Counted from the first letter of the stretch, positions 13,421 through 28,112 are shown. The stretch is DNA of 64,000 nucleotides from Lama guanicoe (GCA_013239625.1 MU054033.1:1-64000), one strand, 5' to 3'. Numbers and translations: made by a program. Notes: generated by a model not told the origin, from the letters alone.

Positions 13421-16286
13421 ACATCGTAATGATACCTTTTCATGGCTCATAGAACATCCCACCTCATATCACAGTTATTCTTGTGCATGTTTTAGCTCTC
13501 CTACAAATTCCCTGAGGACAAGAGTCAGGCTGTGTTTATCTTTGGGCTCACGGCAAAGTACGCAGAGTGGAAACCACACTGGGGGGCAGAGAAGCTCAGA
13601 GCCAAGTGGAAGTTTCCTTGCGCTAAGCTGGAAAATCATGAGGAAGTGCAGGCTCTGTTTGATGCGTCCTTTGAGCCAAAGGCTCGTGAAAGCATCTCTT
13701 CTTCATCGGCTACAATTTTGCACCCCTGCCATCAACAGCCAATGCATTTAAAGTGTAAAAGAGTCTTTGCAAGAGTTAAAATAGCAGTAGGAAGGCACAT
13801 TATCATTTTGCAGATTTATCCTCTCAATTAAATTATAAGGAACAACAAACACTTATTTTTTCTGCGTTACAGAAATCTGCGCACTTAATGTGCATAGATC
13901 ATTATGCACGCTGGGGAATCTGTGACACAACTGAAAATAAGAAAAAGGAGGGCTTTCTCACAAAATCTGGAAATAATCCCCTTTCAAAATTCAAGTTTCC
14001 CCCTCTACATTTGATCTCGGCCCAATTTCTTGGGTCTATTAAATGGTTCTTCATTATCTAAGTATTTTGTACCCTTTTGATCACCATGGTTCATTCATAA
14101 TAAAGACCTTCCTCTGAAAATGTGTCTTTGGCTAAATCTCAATCATCATCCAGCAACGTATGCTAACATTTATACCCGGTTATATATTTACATATGAATT
14201 TAAAACTAATTTTAGCTTCTCAAGGCCAGTAGCCACACATGATTCAATTATTTTAAATACCCTCCCTATCTGGTCTCCATAGCTGCCTGGTACACTGGCT
14301 TGCTGCATTTGTGTTCTCTGATACATTCATATTCACGGGTATTTGGTTCATAATTGCCAATGCATTAAATGACACTCTGGTGGCTTCAAATGTCAAATCG
14401 GCCTTTTCAGTTTTCTGACTTAGAACCAGAGGATAATTTTTCACTAGAGTAATTTTTTCATCTGAGCTGTTTTCCTCTAGGTTAGCATTTTAAAACGTGA
14501 GCATTTTGAAAGCCTCTACTAATTTTTTTTAAAAAAGATCAATTTGTCTAATTTCAAGTATATGCTCTAGAAATTAAAATCATCAAGAGAGTCAAACATT
14601 GCGTGCTTCAAATGGTACCCGTAAAAATTTACTACAATGGCACAGATTATACGTGCGGAAACAGCCACCTGTCACCAGGTCTGCTAGAGGTGTCTGCCTA
14701 CCTCAAAGATAATTTCCTTTTCACAGTCTGTTGGTTTCCATACTCTCCAATACAAGGCCATGTCATTAATGCCATTTGCTCTGAAGCAAAGGGCAGAAGT
14801 CAAGAAATCAGGAAATCGAGTTTTATGTCCATAGCTACCACATATACCTAAAATATATACACTTAAACATTATAGAAGGTAATCTCCAGAATAGCCAAAA
14901 ATATCACTAAACCTTAAAATTGTTAGAGTGACTTATAAAGACAAAAAATAAAAAACAATACAGAGGAAATAAAGGAAGATTCTAAACAGAAACCATCAAA
15001 CAGATGTTAGGATTAAAACTAAATATACCTGACCTGTTAATAAGTCAAAACGGAATAAATCCAGCTCTTAAAATTTTCTCAGAGAGACTGCAAAGCAAAT
15101 CCCAGCTATCCCGGAATAAAAAGATCTGGAAACTGTGAGTGGGAGGAGGTCAAAGCTAAAAGTCTGGGAAATGGTGTAGCAAGTCGGTATAAATCGGGAC
15201 AAAGAGAAAACAAAAAGAATAAAATAAAAATAAACAACTGAAAGTAATAATAATACAGGACACGTTTACATTCGAGGTGAAAGCCAGTCATGAGGTAAGG
15301 AGGAGCAGCTCCCAGAGGCAACCAGCACTGGGGACGCCGGATCCGACCCGCCCGAGGTCAAGTCGGAACACAGACAGAGGAGGCATCCTCAGCGGTTGCT
15401 GGGGCTGGACCCAGGCTGTTTCCTGGGGCTGCTGGGGCTGCGAGCGTGCAGCGTGGGGTCCCCCGGTGTCCCTTTCCAGGACACCTGGCTACCGTGGTGA
15501 GGGCGCGAGAAGAAATCATTTCACAACGCCTTGGCTTCCAGGATTCTGCTGTAAGGACCCGTGACACCTGAGATGGCCCAGGAATTACCAACAGGCATCC
15601 ATTGGCCTTCCTGGAGCATAACGTTTGGGGCTTTCATTTTTATGACTTTCCTATGTGATTTTCTTTTTTTTCGACATTCTTTTTGAATGAATTGCTATGC
15701 TTCAGTCTGCTTTTCCTCGATTGCGTTGAAAGCCATATCCTCCAGTTTTATTCTGTCATTGATCACCAGAGGATTTCAATACTCAGACTTAAAAATGCAT
15801 GCTTAAGAGTCCAAAGTTTAACAATACTTCTACACTCTGTTTAAAATAAATGTAGAATGCTGAACATAATCCCACTCCCTTTTATGTACTTTTAAAAACT
15901 CAAAATTTGAGTTCTGTCTTTTTAAACCTAAACATCCCATTTTTCTAAACAGTCAGTTTTCATTTTGATTCCCTTACTGATACTGGTTTAATTTTTCAGA
16001 ATTATTTCTTGTATCTCAGCTCTTTCTTTTGCAATCATTTTTTTCTTCTAATACTTCCTTTGAAAGTAACGTTACTGATGGCTTATTGGCACTAAAACCA
16101 ATTTTTTCCACTAAAATGTTTGTCGTGGGTACATTTGTGAGTTTTTAATAGTCTTTGCTGCATTCTGGCCTCCATGGTTGCTTGTGAGTTACCTGCCATC
16201 AACCTATTTTCTTTGTAGTTAATCTGTTGGGGGAGTGTTTTATGGAGATTTTTAAGATGCATCGTTTCACCTTTATTGTTCCGGAA

Positions 16287-16857
16287 GGCATACCTCAGAG
16301 ACACTGCAGGTCCAGTTCCAGACCATCTCAGTAAAGTGAGTTTTGTAATAAAGTCAGTCACCAACCTACGATGACAAAGAAAATGAAAAAGAATATATAT
16401 ATATATATGTATAACTAAATCACTGTGCTGTGCACCAGAAACTAGCACAACATTGTAAATTAACTATACTTAATTAAAAAATTTAAGCAAGTCACACAAA
16501 TTTTTTACCAGTCTCTATACAAGTTACGTAGTCTATTATTAAATGTGGCATAACATTATGTCTTAAAAAATGTATGTACCTTAATTTTAAAATACTTTAT
16601 TGCCTAAAAATACCAAAATAATTACAATAGTAACATTAAAGATCACTGACCACAGATTGTCATAAAAATATAATAATAATGAAAAAGTTTGAAATATTGT
16701 TCAGAACTATCAAAATGTGACACACAGACTTGAAGTGAGTAAACGGTATTGGAAAAATGGGCCTGATGCAGAGTTGCCACGAAATTTCAATTTGTAAAAA
16801 AAATTGCAGTATCCGCACAGCACAATAAAGCAAAGAACAGTAGAACGAGGTGCACTG
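16287..16857. mobile_element. Internally deleted Tigger1-type DNA transposon interrupted by an L1 3' tail (about 16362-16484)
   Basis: Left end aggcatacctcagagacactgcaggtccagttccagacc; right end gcacaataaagcaaag...aacgaggtgcactg (degenerate inverted repeats). Confidence 0.8.
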
Positions 16858-19779
16858 GGGTTTCACTGTCATGTGCCCAGTTGTGGCTTCTTTTTGCTTT
16901 ACTGTGTTTTAATTTCGTTATCCTTCCAGAATCTAAGGTTATCAAGGCTGGGATATTTTCAAGCATCGCTCTTCAAAGACTGCCCTCCCTCACCGCCTCC
17001 CACTCCCTCACAGCGTCATCATCTGATTTCAGCCACATCTTCAGATTCTGATAGCAGAGACTCAAGGTCCAATGTTCTTACGTATGCGCGGGCACGTTTT
17101 GCACCTGTCCTCCTGGTGGACATGACGACTCAGTCATTGTAGAGATGAGGCTTTAGGCGCCACAATGAATAACCAGATGTTATAAAAGGGATGAAATCAA
17201 TTTGCCATCCCCTGCCCAAAATAGACAACCATGGACTGACTGCTTTAAAGAGAGCAAATGGCTCCTTTCCATGAGTTTCTTGTTTTCAGAAAGTGTGACC
17301 CTACAGCCTCCTTTTAAAAGAGCGAAAACGGGAAGGATACATTTTACCAATGAACTTAAAAGTTACACAATGGAATCAAACATTCTTTACTTGAAGAAAT
17401 GCTGTCTAAAATTGCCGATGATTTTAAACATATTCAAAGTGAGGTAATGGGTTCCATTGTCTCCCAAATAATTGTTGAGTGGGAAGCATTGCCTAGAGAG
17501 AGAGAGAGAAAAAAAAAAACCCAGATTACTTGGTGATAATAAGAACATAGCAGGTCAGGCAGATCTTTCAGAAAATCAGAATTATAAGGGAGAGAACGTT
17601 GCAGAAGAGCAAAACTTAGGTTTTTGTGGCCGTATCAGACATATGACCTGGCAGGATACTCTAAACTTCTGCACCAGCTGACCTACCCAGCCCCTCCGGG
17701 GACCGTCACCCCAACCTACAAGTGTCCCCTGAATTCATGGAGTTACACTTTCGGTTTCCGCTAATCCATCCTGACATGTTCTCTTCTTGTAAGTGTTTGC
17801 CGCTCAAAAGCAATAAAGGGAAACAGGAGAAACGTAGAGTATAAGATACAGTTATTACCACCCCGGAGCTAAGGAGTTATTTGTGGGGTAAATACAGAAC
17901 ACAAAATAATGCTGTTTACAGAAAAAGCGAAAAAGCCAGAGAGTACTCGAGAAGTTTAAAACAGAAGCAGATGCGCCTGGAGTCAGGAGACACTGTTCCT
18001 GGAGCAGAATTTCAGTTCAGTGACGCAGTATCACTGTCGCTACTGTCAGGTTGCTAGAGGTCGGGACTGAAGAAGGACGCCACACCTCATACCTCTGTGC
18101 CTCTCCTCATACGAAGTAGGTGTCATTCGTGAGACTTGGGCACACCCAGAGACTCAGCGATGGCTAGGCAAGGAGACAGATGGACACACAAGAGTGGCAC
18201 GAGAAGAAACCCAATGTCCACGGGTGGTGGGAGAGCCCAGGGTCGGACCCCACTGGGCACAGCCAGCCGGGTCAGAGCCACAGCCCAGCACCACCTGGAG
18301 AGGGCTCCAGACTCCACCCGGGTCCCCTGCCTCCAGTCAACTTTTTGACCTCCGGATTTTTCTTTCTCCGTGATCATTAGGGAGTCTCACTTACGCCATC
18401 AGTGGGATTCCCTCGCCCTGCTGATGTTTTCAGTAACGCCCTCGGGTTGCGTGGCGGCCCCTCACGTGGCAGTCTTCCAGTTTGTCCCGCCACCACCGCG
18501 TGCCAGCGCGCGCAGGGCCGTCCTAGGGTCACAGTTCACAGGAGCTGCCGGGCTGCTATCGGCAAGCTGCAGCGACGATTTTCCAGCTTGGCCTGGATGC
18601 TGGCAGTTTTAGCCTGACCTTTCAAAAATGCTTTTAACAGTCACCAAAATTCTTACATATTTCTGTTTATCAGAACACTACTTTATTTCTGGACAAATGT
18701 AAATTTCATCATAATTTTCTTCTCTAAGATTGAATAACTGCTCGATCCTTTTCTCAACTTTTTTATCTACTGCTGGTGGGCTGAATTTCGTTGCTCTGGG
18801 ATCGTGACCAGGTAAAACTTTACCCCCAGAAATAAGGATTTGCCATCAGAAGCAAGTGTTTTCTAAGCATCACGTGTGTGCCCACTGGCTCTCTCTGACT
18901 TGCATACCTCTCGTCTGCCCGGAGAGCTGATCCTCCATCTGAATGGTCCTCTGCATTATTTTGGCAACAACAAACCGATGCAGGGGACTGGCTCCTGCAG
19001 GCTGCATTTCCCAGGCACCCACGTTTGGCTTCTGGATGGTTCTGACAGTGAAGGCACTGGTGGGACACTGAGAACCAGGGTTCTCTGGCTGCTCCTCCGT
19101 TGCTCTGGGTCCTGGTGAAGGAGCCCACCTGTGGCACCAGCTCCCAGCAATGGCCCTGACCATCAGCAGCCCTCCCTCCTGCCTGGGCCTGGCGATCTAG
19201 GGGCGGTAAGCCCCATTATGCCTCTCCAGATGGCCTCAGTCTTCCACCTGGCTTGTCTGCTCCAGGTGCCCCCTATCCCTGCAATGAAACCACTTTTTTT
19301 TTTTAAATCTTGGCTTGTTTACAAAATTTATTTTGTTGATGTCATGCTATGTGTTGGTCTTTTGGTTTGGTTTGCGGTTTGGTTTTTTTGCAGTTATACA
19401 CGATAACCACCATCTTCATTATGTAGCTTAAAGTTCTCCCTTAAAGCAGAGTTGGTTTCTCTCTTCGGGTGAGACCCTCATCAGGCAGGGTGCAGTGGTA
19501 CGGGCTGGCATGTAAACGGTCCCTGGGGAGAAAGAAAATCAAGGCGCGTTATGACCAGCGCAGGTAATTTGGAAACAGAGCCACAGAGCAGGAAAGGAAT
19601 CGAACTGAGACACTCTCACCCCAGCCTGAAACCCAGAAGAGGAAATTCCCTGCAGCCTCTGTGAAGAGGACCGTCAAGTGTGCCCTGAGTCCTCGTGGCG
19701 ACAGAACACTCAGCGTTCCTGGGGAGCGACGCACTTGCTGGTCCGGTTCCTCAGTCCCTGGTGAGGTCTTCCTGGCAGC

Positions 19780-20520
19780 AGCCAAACGCGGCCCTCCTTG
19801 TCTCTCTTCCCAGGGTTGCAGCAGGGGCTTACGGCTCTTTCCGCCCCAGCCCCAGCCCCGTGTCTTTTCTTCTTCTCCGGCGCTTCACGAGAACGTTCAG
19901 ATCTCCAGCCCCGCGGTGCACGGCGCCTTGGGAGCTCCGCACGGCCAGGGCGGATCCTGCGGCCGGGCCGGGCCCGGGCAGGCGGGCTGGTGCCGGCAGC
20001 AGGCGGTGGCTCGCCGGGACTGGCGCGCGCCCGCTGGCCGGCCTGGGGCTGCGCTGCGCTCCGCTGGCCCGCCGGGGCGCGGGAACGTTTTCAGCCCTGC
20101 GAGAGCCCGGCTCGCTGATACACGCTGTGTTCACGCGTCTTCCGCAGTCCCGCCCCAACGCAGGGCGCGGTGTGCAGCTCTGGGAAACCAGGAGAGCGCG
20201 TCACGGTCGGCATTGGGTCGAAAGACTGCAGGCTGCTGAAACCCACCGGCTGCCTGCCGGAGAGGTCTCCAGCAAACGGGTTCACCGGGGTCCGCAGAGG
20301 GCCGCAGGTCAAGTCACGCCGACGTGATGGGCCACGTGTGAGTCCCCGCAGGGCAAAGGAAGGAGAGCTCTTCCACAGACGGCAACAAAAGTTGGGAGGG
20401 ACGCAGCAAACGAAAACCGCGCGCATTTTCATCGGCTGCATCCTTGCCGGCAAAGAGGAGGCGTCTTTCTTCCTCCCTGAAGCTCGGCTGCCCCCGCAGG
20501 GCACGGGAGCGCCCCCTGCT
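19780..20520. promoter_or_regulatory. Orphan CpG island
   Basis: Dense CpG/GC stretch (ggccgggccgggcccgggc, tggcgcgcgcccgc, cccgcccc) with no recognisable coding exon. Confidence 0.6.
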
Positions 20521-21448
20521 GGCCTCCCAGTTGTATTTAATTGGGGTTTCCGTTCATGAATCTTCACAAAGCCTCGTTTGGCGCCTCTGATACACGTACA
20601 GTTTCTGAACGGAGGGCGTTACAGCTTCAGGGTCAGAATCATTTGGAGCGGACTTTCCCACTGGTTGTTACATCTTTCGGGTCCACCCTCTGTGAGCACC
20701 TGTTCCTCCCCTGGGTCTGTGTTTTTGTCGATAAATGAATCACTTTGATGTAGGAGCTCTGCAATTTCCAACATTACATCATCCGGAATCCTGGACACTT
20801 GGCCAGGGCAGTAATGGTCCCCGTGCGGACTGACCTGCACAGAGGCTTCCCAGAGAGGCAGATACGGTCCTAAACACTCTACAGACACGAGTTCATCCTC
20901 TTGATAAACCTGGGTCGTGCGGTAGGTGCCGTGTCTCCACTTCACACGTGAAGGAACGGGGCACTGGGGAGGTTCAGACTGGGGGCAAGGCGGCGGGCAG
21001 CGGGGCTCCAAGCCCTGCCTCACCTCAGGCCTCGCAGATCCCGTCAGCAAAGGCCCTGCCCCAAGTTCACCTGCTCAGTGCATGAGTATTGTGCTGAGCC
21101 GAACTCAGTCGACAATACCACGGGAGAATGCGGATAAGCTGTTGACGTGCGGGATGCGATCAGCCATGCGACCTAGAAACCTAAGAGAAACACATGGCAG
21201 CTTTTCTCCTTATTCTAAAATTAGTTCCGAGCCTACCTCTTTTAGGAATTTCAACTGTGTCTACAAATTATTGAGCCTTATGTTTCCCTAGGCCGGTAAT
21301 AAATGGAATAAAATGGAGCAGTAGACAGAGATTAGAAATGCCCTGGGCTGACCAGGTCTGATGACAAATAGATAGCTCTATTGTCCTGAAGGTGGCGTGG
21401 CTGGAAATACCATGTTTAGTGCTCTGGGTTCCCTATCTTTATATACAG

Positions 21449-21507
<59 letters not shown>

Positions 21508-21520
21508 TAATAATAATAAT
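21449..21520 (+). repeat. (AAT)n microsatellite
   Basis: Near-perfect AAT run with one interruption. Confidence 0.97.
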
Positions 21521-23419
21521 AGTAATATAAACAAACCACTTGGAGAAAAACATATTTTGCAATTTTTAAAGAAATATTATAAAGTTATTATAAATTATTT
21601 AATTGCCAAACAAAAATATATAATATCAACTCAAAAATCCAGATTTTACCCAGTTAAGGCAAAAAAAAAGAAAGAAAGAAAGAAAGAAAGAAAACCACAC
21701 ACACACACAAATCCTAGTGCATTTCTGTTATGCTCCCAGTTCAAAACAAAATCATGCTTAAAAGGACTGCCAGTCCTTTCAGAACCAAGCTTGACTCATC
21801 TGACCACACGATTTGGTTTCTCCCAGTTCGTTTTTGAAGAAGATTGGATGACAGGTGTTCAGCCAGGACCTTTTGTACTACGTTTCTCGATGATTAATGG
21901 GGCCCCGGCACAAGAGTGGAGTTTTAGAAAAGAAACAGGAGATGCTCTGTTGAACAGACGGGGAACTTCTCTGCACCGGAAAGTCGGTCTCATTTCAGAA
22001 GGGGATCTCTTACCAAAGAATACGCGTTCACGGAAAATACAGCTATTCATGGAAACGAAGTCCAAGAGCAGTAAAAGAAAGGGAAATTGAGGTTTCTGCC
22101 GCTGAAACCTTAGTTCAGGCAACGTGAGCCGAAAAGCCAAGGGGAAGCAGGCCCGCGGGGGCTGCTGACACCAGATCACAAAACAAGAGCACAAACTGCA
22201 AAGACTCCAGACCATTCAAGCATCCAGTAACCATTGACTAGGTGCTGAAATCGTGCAGAAAGTCTTTTAAATCTTTCGGAGATCATGAGAGGCCATGACA
22301 ATACTGTCTAGACGGAGGCTGAGTCACTGGGTAGAGAGTGCAGAGGAAGGAAAGATTAACATGAGCCCATGAGATGAAGACTGTCAGCCTTAAAATAGAA
22401 GTAAACTGGGGCAAGCTCATATGACTGGAAACTGAGTTTTTCCTGGAATAGCAGAAGAATTGTAATTCAGGAAATCTAGCAGTGTGAGCGCTACAGGTGA
22501 GTCCTCTGAGGGTCTGGGGGCAGCTGTACCTCTGGGCAAAGAGCACAAAGAGGGGGAGGGAAGCCAAAGTCCAAGCAGTAAATCTGTTGGCTTGAGGATG
22601 GGGAGAGGTTCTTGGTGGATGTTCACTGGCCGAGAAATAAGTCTAGGTCTTCTGTAAGTCAGGCGTTTGTAGGAGATCGGTCTCCACATTCTTAAGTGTC
22701 ATTCCTCTGAGGGTGCATGCACGTGACTCTCCCCTTCATACTCCCCAGTTCCACCTCAGATCGAAATCTCCTCACACATCTAATAATGTCTCAGACCCCT
22801 GGTTTTTCTACAACCTTTGTTTGGGGAATCAAGTCCCATCCATCCTCTCAAATCCACTTCAGTCATGTCCCACCGACTGACCAGCCAGCCCACTCTCCCG
22901 TGCCCCTAACAAACGCCACCGTTTCAGGGAACACTGACCCTGTGACGCATTTTCTAGCTGTCTTTCCGCTGCCTCGAGACCCTGTGCCCTGCAAAGGAAC
23001 CAACTTGGATACACAACCAGCGGGATCCAGCCTTGCCTCACCCCATCCCCCAAGGATGCCAGGCTGCTCTTTTTGTGGCCATCTCAGGGGCCAGGATGCC
23101 CCACTCCTGACCCCCCACCCCACCCCATCCCAAACTCCTATTTGTAGATTTTATTAAATCCTTATTTAATCACTTTTCCATATCCCAGGTAATTAAGATT
23201 TATTACTAGTTACAGTCATAACTAAGGACCTAGGCTGAATTTCGTTAACGTCCTATTAGCGAAATAGACCGATCACGTAACAATAGATCCAAAGCACTGA
23301 ACCCAAGTCAACATTGTTAAGATGCCCACTCTCTTCAAATTGATTTACAGACTCAACACAGTCCCTACCAGTTCCTGAGTGCATTTACAGAAGTGTGGAG
23401 AGACTGGTTCAATTTGTTT

Positions 23420-24790
23420 TCAGCTCAAAAATCAACCACTTTGAGGTTGATTTACATATAATAAAACGCAGTCACTGAAAGATACGGTTTGGTAAACAAC
23501 GGTGAATACATACACCTGAGTAACCATCATATCAATCAAGATGCAAACACTGTATCACCCCCAAAAGTTCCTTGCACCAGTCTCACCTGCCCCCAGCTCT
23601 AGGCAACCACCTATCTGCTTTCTGGTGCCCTAAGTCAGATTTTCCTCTTCTACTTGTATTTCATATAAATGGAATGATATAGAATATATTCTTCTGTCTG
23701 GTTTCTTTATCTCAGCAAAACGCTATTGAGAAATCTTTTTTTTTTGTCTTGCTCCTTTTTTTAACATTTTTTAAATTGAGTTATAGTCAGTTTACAATGT
23801 TGTGTCAAAATCCAATGTAGAGCATAATTTTTCAGTTATACATGTACATACATATATTCATTGTCACATTCTTTTTTGCTGTGAGCTACCGCCAGATCTT
23901 GTATACATTTCCCTGTGCTATACAAGATCTCATATGGTATTTTTCCCTCTCTTTCTGGCTGATTTCACTTAAGATGATATTCTCCAGGGACATCCATGTT
24001 GCTGCAAATGGCATTATGTTGTCGTTTTTATGGCTGAGTAGTATTCCATTGTATAAATATACCACATCTTCTTTATCCAGTCATCTGCTGATGGACATTT
24101 AGGCTGTCTCCATGTCTTGGCTATTGTAAACAGTGCTGCTATGAGCATTGGGGTGCATGTATCTTTTCTAATTAGAGAGAAAAAAAATACATGGAAAGCT
24201 CACTGTATGGTCTATGTTTTACACACAATTAAATACAATATTTTGAGGAATCTCCATACTGTTTCCCACAGTGGCTGCACCAAACTACATTCCCACCAGC
24301 AGTGCAGGTGGCTCCCCTTTCTCCGCAGCCTCTCCAGCATTCGTCATTTGTGGATTTTTGAATGATGGCCATTCTGACTGGTGTGAGGTGACCTCATCGT
24401 AGTTTTGATTTGCATTTCTCTGATAATTAGTGATAGAGCATTTTTTCATGTGCCTGTTGATCATTTGTATGTCTTCCTTGGACAACTGCTTGTTTAGACC
24501 TTCTGCCCGAGAAATCTTAATGCTCCTGCCTGCATCAGGCATTCGCCCCATTTCGTTGCTGAGCAGTACTTCACTGTGCAGACAGGCCACGCTCTGCTCA
24601 TCCGCTCCCCTGCTGATGGACACTTGGGTTGCGTCCTGTTTTCATCTGTGACAAATAAAACTGCTCTGCACGTCCACACACATCGTCATGTGCGCGCACT
24701 GTCATCCCTCTCGGGTAAATACGCGGAAGGGAGTGCTGGAGCAAACTCAGGTGGTAGGTTTACTTTCCCAAGAAATTAGCAAACTGTTTT
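23420..24790 (-). mobile_element. Old L1 3' end with a younger lineage-specific L1 fragment (about 23735-24500) nested inside
   Basis: Poly-T, then ttgagttatagtcagtttacaatgttgtgtc...gtgagctacc...cccacagtggctgcaccaaactacattcccacc. Confidence 0.8.
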
Positions 24791-25149
24791 CACACAGCTT
24801 TATGAAGATGATGAGAAAGACATTGCAGGGAGGGACGAGAGCAGCAGGCCCCCGTGGGAAGGGGAGAGGCCCCACGCCTGGATTCCCTGAGGGGCCTCCT
24901 GTCTTCCCTGGAAACAGCGCAGGGATCCTGGCACATTTGAAGGTCTTTGGCTCCCTCTTTTGGACAATCCCTGCACAGCAAGCATTTCCCTTCAATGGAT
25001 GCTGAACAGATCCACAATTCTGTTACACAGACAGAAATCAAACGTTTAGGTAAAATGACTATAACTCAATAATAAAAAATGTTAAAAAAAAATTTAGGAG
25101 GCCAGCCAACAAAGAAAAGTGGGAAAATACAGGAATCTCCAGGGTCCAA

Positions 25150-25533
25150 ATGTAACCTTTTGCTCATTACGCCCTCATTTCAGTAGGTCAGAAGTCCCCA
25201 TCATGCACCAACACCATGGCACTTCGGATTCAGACTAAATGAGGACAAAAACCCCTCCTCCCTTTGGGAAGGTGGAGTTGGGACCACCTCCCTTCCTCCC
25301 AGGCCTTCCCTCCCTAATGAATATTCCACCCATTTATTTTGACACCCTGTGTAACCAACTTGCCAAAGAAACTCAGGGCCGCCGCTCACCGGAGCCTGCC
25401 CGCTGCCCCCTGAGAGTGTGCTGTTCATCCTTTAATAAATCCCCACTTTACCTTCTTAACCTCCACGTCTTGTCTCTGAACTCTTTCCGGGACGGGACAA
25501 GAACCTGGACACCGGCTACATCTGCCGGCAACA
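25150..25533 (+). mobile_element. ERV-type solo LTR
   Basis: tgtaac start region, ctttaataaatcc polyA signal, gacaagaacctggac...ggcaaca end. Confidence 0.55.
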
Positions 25534-25834
25534 CTTCGGCTGCATCCTTCCCTCTGTGGAAGTTTAGAGAATTTTCGATTGCTATCCCGACAAGAGATTA
25601 AAAACATTTATAAACAAGCATTTCTAACTGCTGTCATGCCAATAGGCTTCAGCTTCAAATTTGGAGCCCCACACCCACGCCTTCTCTGTCTGCATAGGAG
25701 CCAAGGACACACAAAAATGCCTGCCCTCACACGTGCTCCCACGGCCCAAGCTGCCCGCCTTGCTGAGGCCAGTGACACTGGGGTGAGGCCCGCACCAGGC
25801 CACGGCGGAGTCCCTCAGATCACGCAGGCCTTGG

Positions 25835-26182
25835 GGACGTGGAAGGCAGAACGACTCAAAGATGCCCTAATCCCTGGAAGGTGTCAATATGTCGTCTTAG
25901 GTGGCAGGTGTGATTAAGTTAAGGGTCTTGTGGGAGATGATCCGCCGTACCTGGGCTGGCCCCGTGCAGTTCATCAGGGTCCTTATAAGAGGGGGCGGGG
26001 GGGGATCTGACCACAGACAGAGGGAGCGACATGCACGGAGGGAAAGAGATTTGAGGATGCCATGCCGTTGGCTTTGAAGGGGGAAACAGACCATAGCAGA
26101 GGATGCGGGTGGGCTCTGGCGGCCGGAGGAGGCAAGGAAACCGACTGTGCAGCCCCCAGAGGGAATGCAGCCCTGCCAGCCC
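25835..26182 (+). mobile_element. MaLR LTR (MLT1-like)
   Basis: ctaatccctggaag...gtgattaagttaagggtcttg...gtccttataagaggg...gggaatgcagccctgcc. Confidence 0.75.
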
Positions 26183-26204
26183 ATTATATGTATTTGTTTT
26201 CTGC

Positions 26205-26725
26205 TGTTTAAATTTTTGTATTGACGTAAAGTCAGTTTACAACGTTGTGTTACTTTCTGGTGTACAGCACAGTGATTCAGTTATACACACATATGTATAT
26301 TCTTTTTCATATTTTTTTCATTATAGGCTATTACAAGGTATTGAATACAGTTCCCTGTGCTATAGAACCTTGCTGTTTATCCATTTTATATATAGTAGTT
26401 AGTATCTGCAAACCCTGAACTCCCAATTTATCCCTCCACCTTCCTCTTTCCCCCTTGGTAACCATAAGTGTGTTTTCCATGTCTGTGAGTCTGTATTTGT
26501 TTCATTGCATTTTTATAGATTTCACATATAAGCGATCTCATACGGTATTTTTCTTTCTCTTTCTGGCTTACTTCACTTAGAATGACATTCTCCAGGGACA
26601 TCCATGTTGCTGCAAATGGCATTGTGTTGTCATTTTTATGGCTAAGTAGTATTCCACTGTGTGTATATACACCCCTTCTTCTTTACCCGGTCATCTGTCG
26701 ATGGACATTTAGGTTGCTTCCAGGT
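26205..26725 (-). mobile_element. L1 3' end
   Basis: gtcagtttacaacgttgtgtt...gaatacagttccctgtgcta...ggacatttaggttgcttcc. Confidence 0.85.
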
Positions 26726-28112
26726 CTCCTGCCAACCCATTTTAGACTCTGACCTCCATACTGTGAAAGAATATATTTGTCACAGCAGCAATCAGAACCA
26801 AATGCAGGCTTGAAAGGGTTAAATGATGGACTCTCTGTTTACTGAAAGGAGAGAAGGGCGTGCTCCTCCCCCACCCTCTCCTTAGGGTGTCTCCTTGAAG
26901 ACATAGTAACAGCCTCAGTAGGAGACCCAACATCCCAGTTTTATAGTTCAAGGTCAAGGCCTCTGACCCTTGGAACCGTGGTCACACACCTCCAAAATTA
27001 ACTCAGGGTCACTCACAGGTGTGCCAGAGACAAGCAACCGCTCGAATATCAAGAATATTTCCACTGTTTGTTCCTCTACTTGCACAAATGTGTGTGTGAA
27101 ATTCTCAGCAGACTTTAGAAATCTGCTCACACTCGCACAATAATAAACCCTCCCTCCCTCCCTGTGTCTGCCTCTCCCCACCCGTCCCCCTGCTGCTCCA
27201 GAGGACGGGCCTTCTGGTGCTTTCTTCCCCCACCAGGGCCCCATGGCCACAGGATGTCCAATACTCCTGAAGTCACACGGGGCCGGCCCAAGACCCAAGC
27301 ACAAGGCATCATTTTCGGATCCCCCGGGTGAAAGCGGTGGGAGGTGAGGCCCCCAGGTGTTTCTGCTGGAACTCTAATCTGGGCGTCTGGGGTCCCCGGT
27401 GCCTCTCCAGGCTCTGCCAACAACAGGAGCAGAACTCCAGGGAGTCCAGCCTTTTGGGGGATCCCAGGTTCCTAAACTGAGAGAGATGGGTCATTAGGGG
27501 GCCTCCGCGCTCCTGCAGTTTGCAGACCCTAAGAGCAGAGGGCTGAGACGGAGCGAGCGCCTCTCTCTCTTGAATCTGGAAGCTGACAGCCCTCAGGTGG
27601 CTCCACAGGCCGCGCCCCCAGCTGACGGCGAGGGGTGGGGCTGGGTGCCACGTTGGGCACTGGGTCCTGAAGTCTGAAGGGCAGCGGGGGCAGGGCAAGC
27701 CCGGGGACAAGGCTGGGACGAATAGGTGCAGCTCACAGGCCCACAGGCCCCCCTGACCCAGACAGACGTGCGGTCAGGACAGCAGTGCGTTCACCTGAAG
27801 ACTCAGCACAGGGAGCTCACGGTCCGCCTCAAAGCTATTCACTGCCACTCGAGTGTGGCTAATAACAGAGTGAACCTGGAGAAAACACAGTCACTTCAGC
27901 CTGTGAATGAAAACCACTGCCAGCCACATCAGTAAACAAAGAATCCTGCCACCATCACATCATCAGGGGTTACCGCCACCCCAGACAGCGAGCAGAGCGA
28001 ACTCAGGATGGGGACAGGCAGGCAGCCCGGCCTCTGCAGCCGCCCCAGCGGTGCCCCCGAGGGGACTCAGGATGGGAAAGAGTAGGACGCTGGCCCTGGA
28101 CAGCTAAGTGCG

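Noticed and set aside
19661..20567. Overlapping 130-210 aa ORFs
   Set aside because: Explained by CpG-island composition.
21392..22090. 232-aa ORF with poly-Ile/Asn
   Set aside because: Held open by (AAT)n and AAAG simple repeats, starts at GTG, and the remainder is not recognisable.
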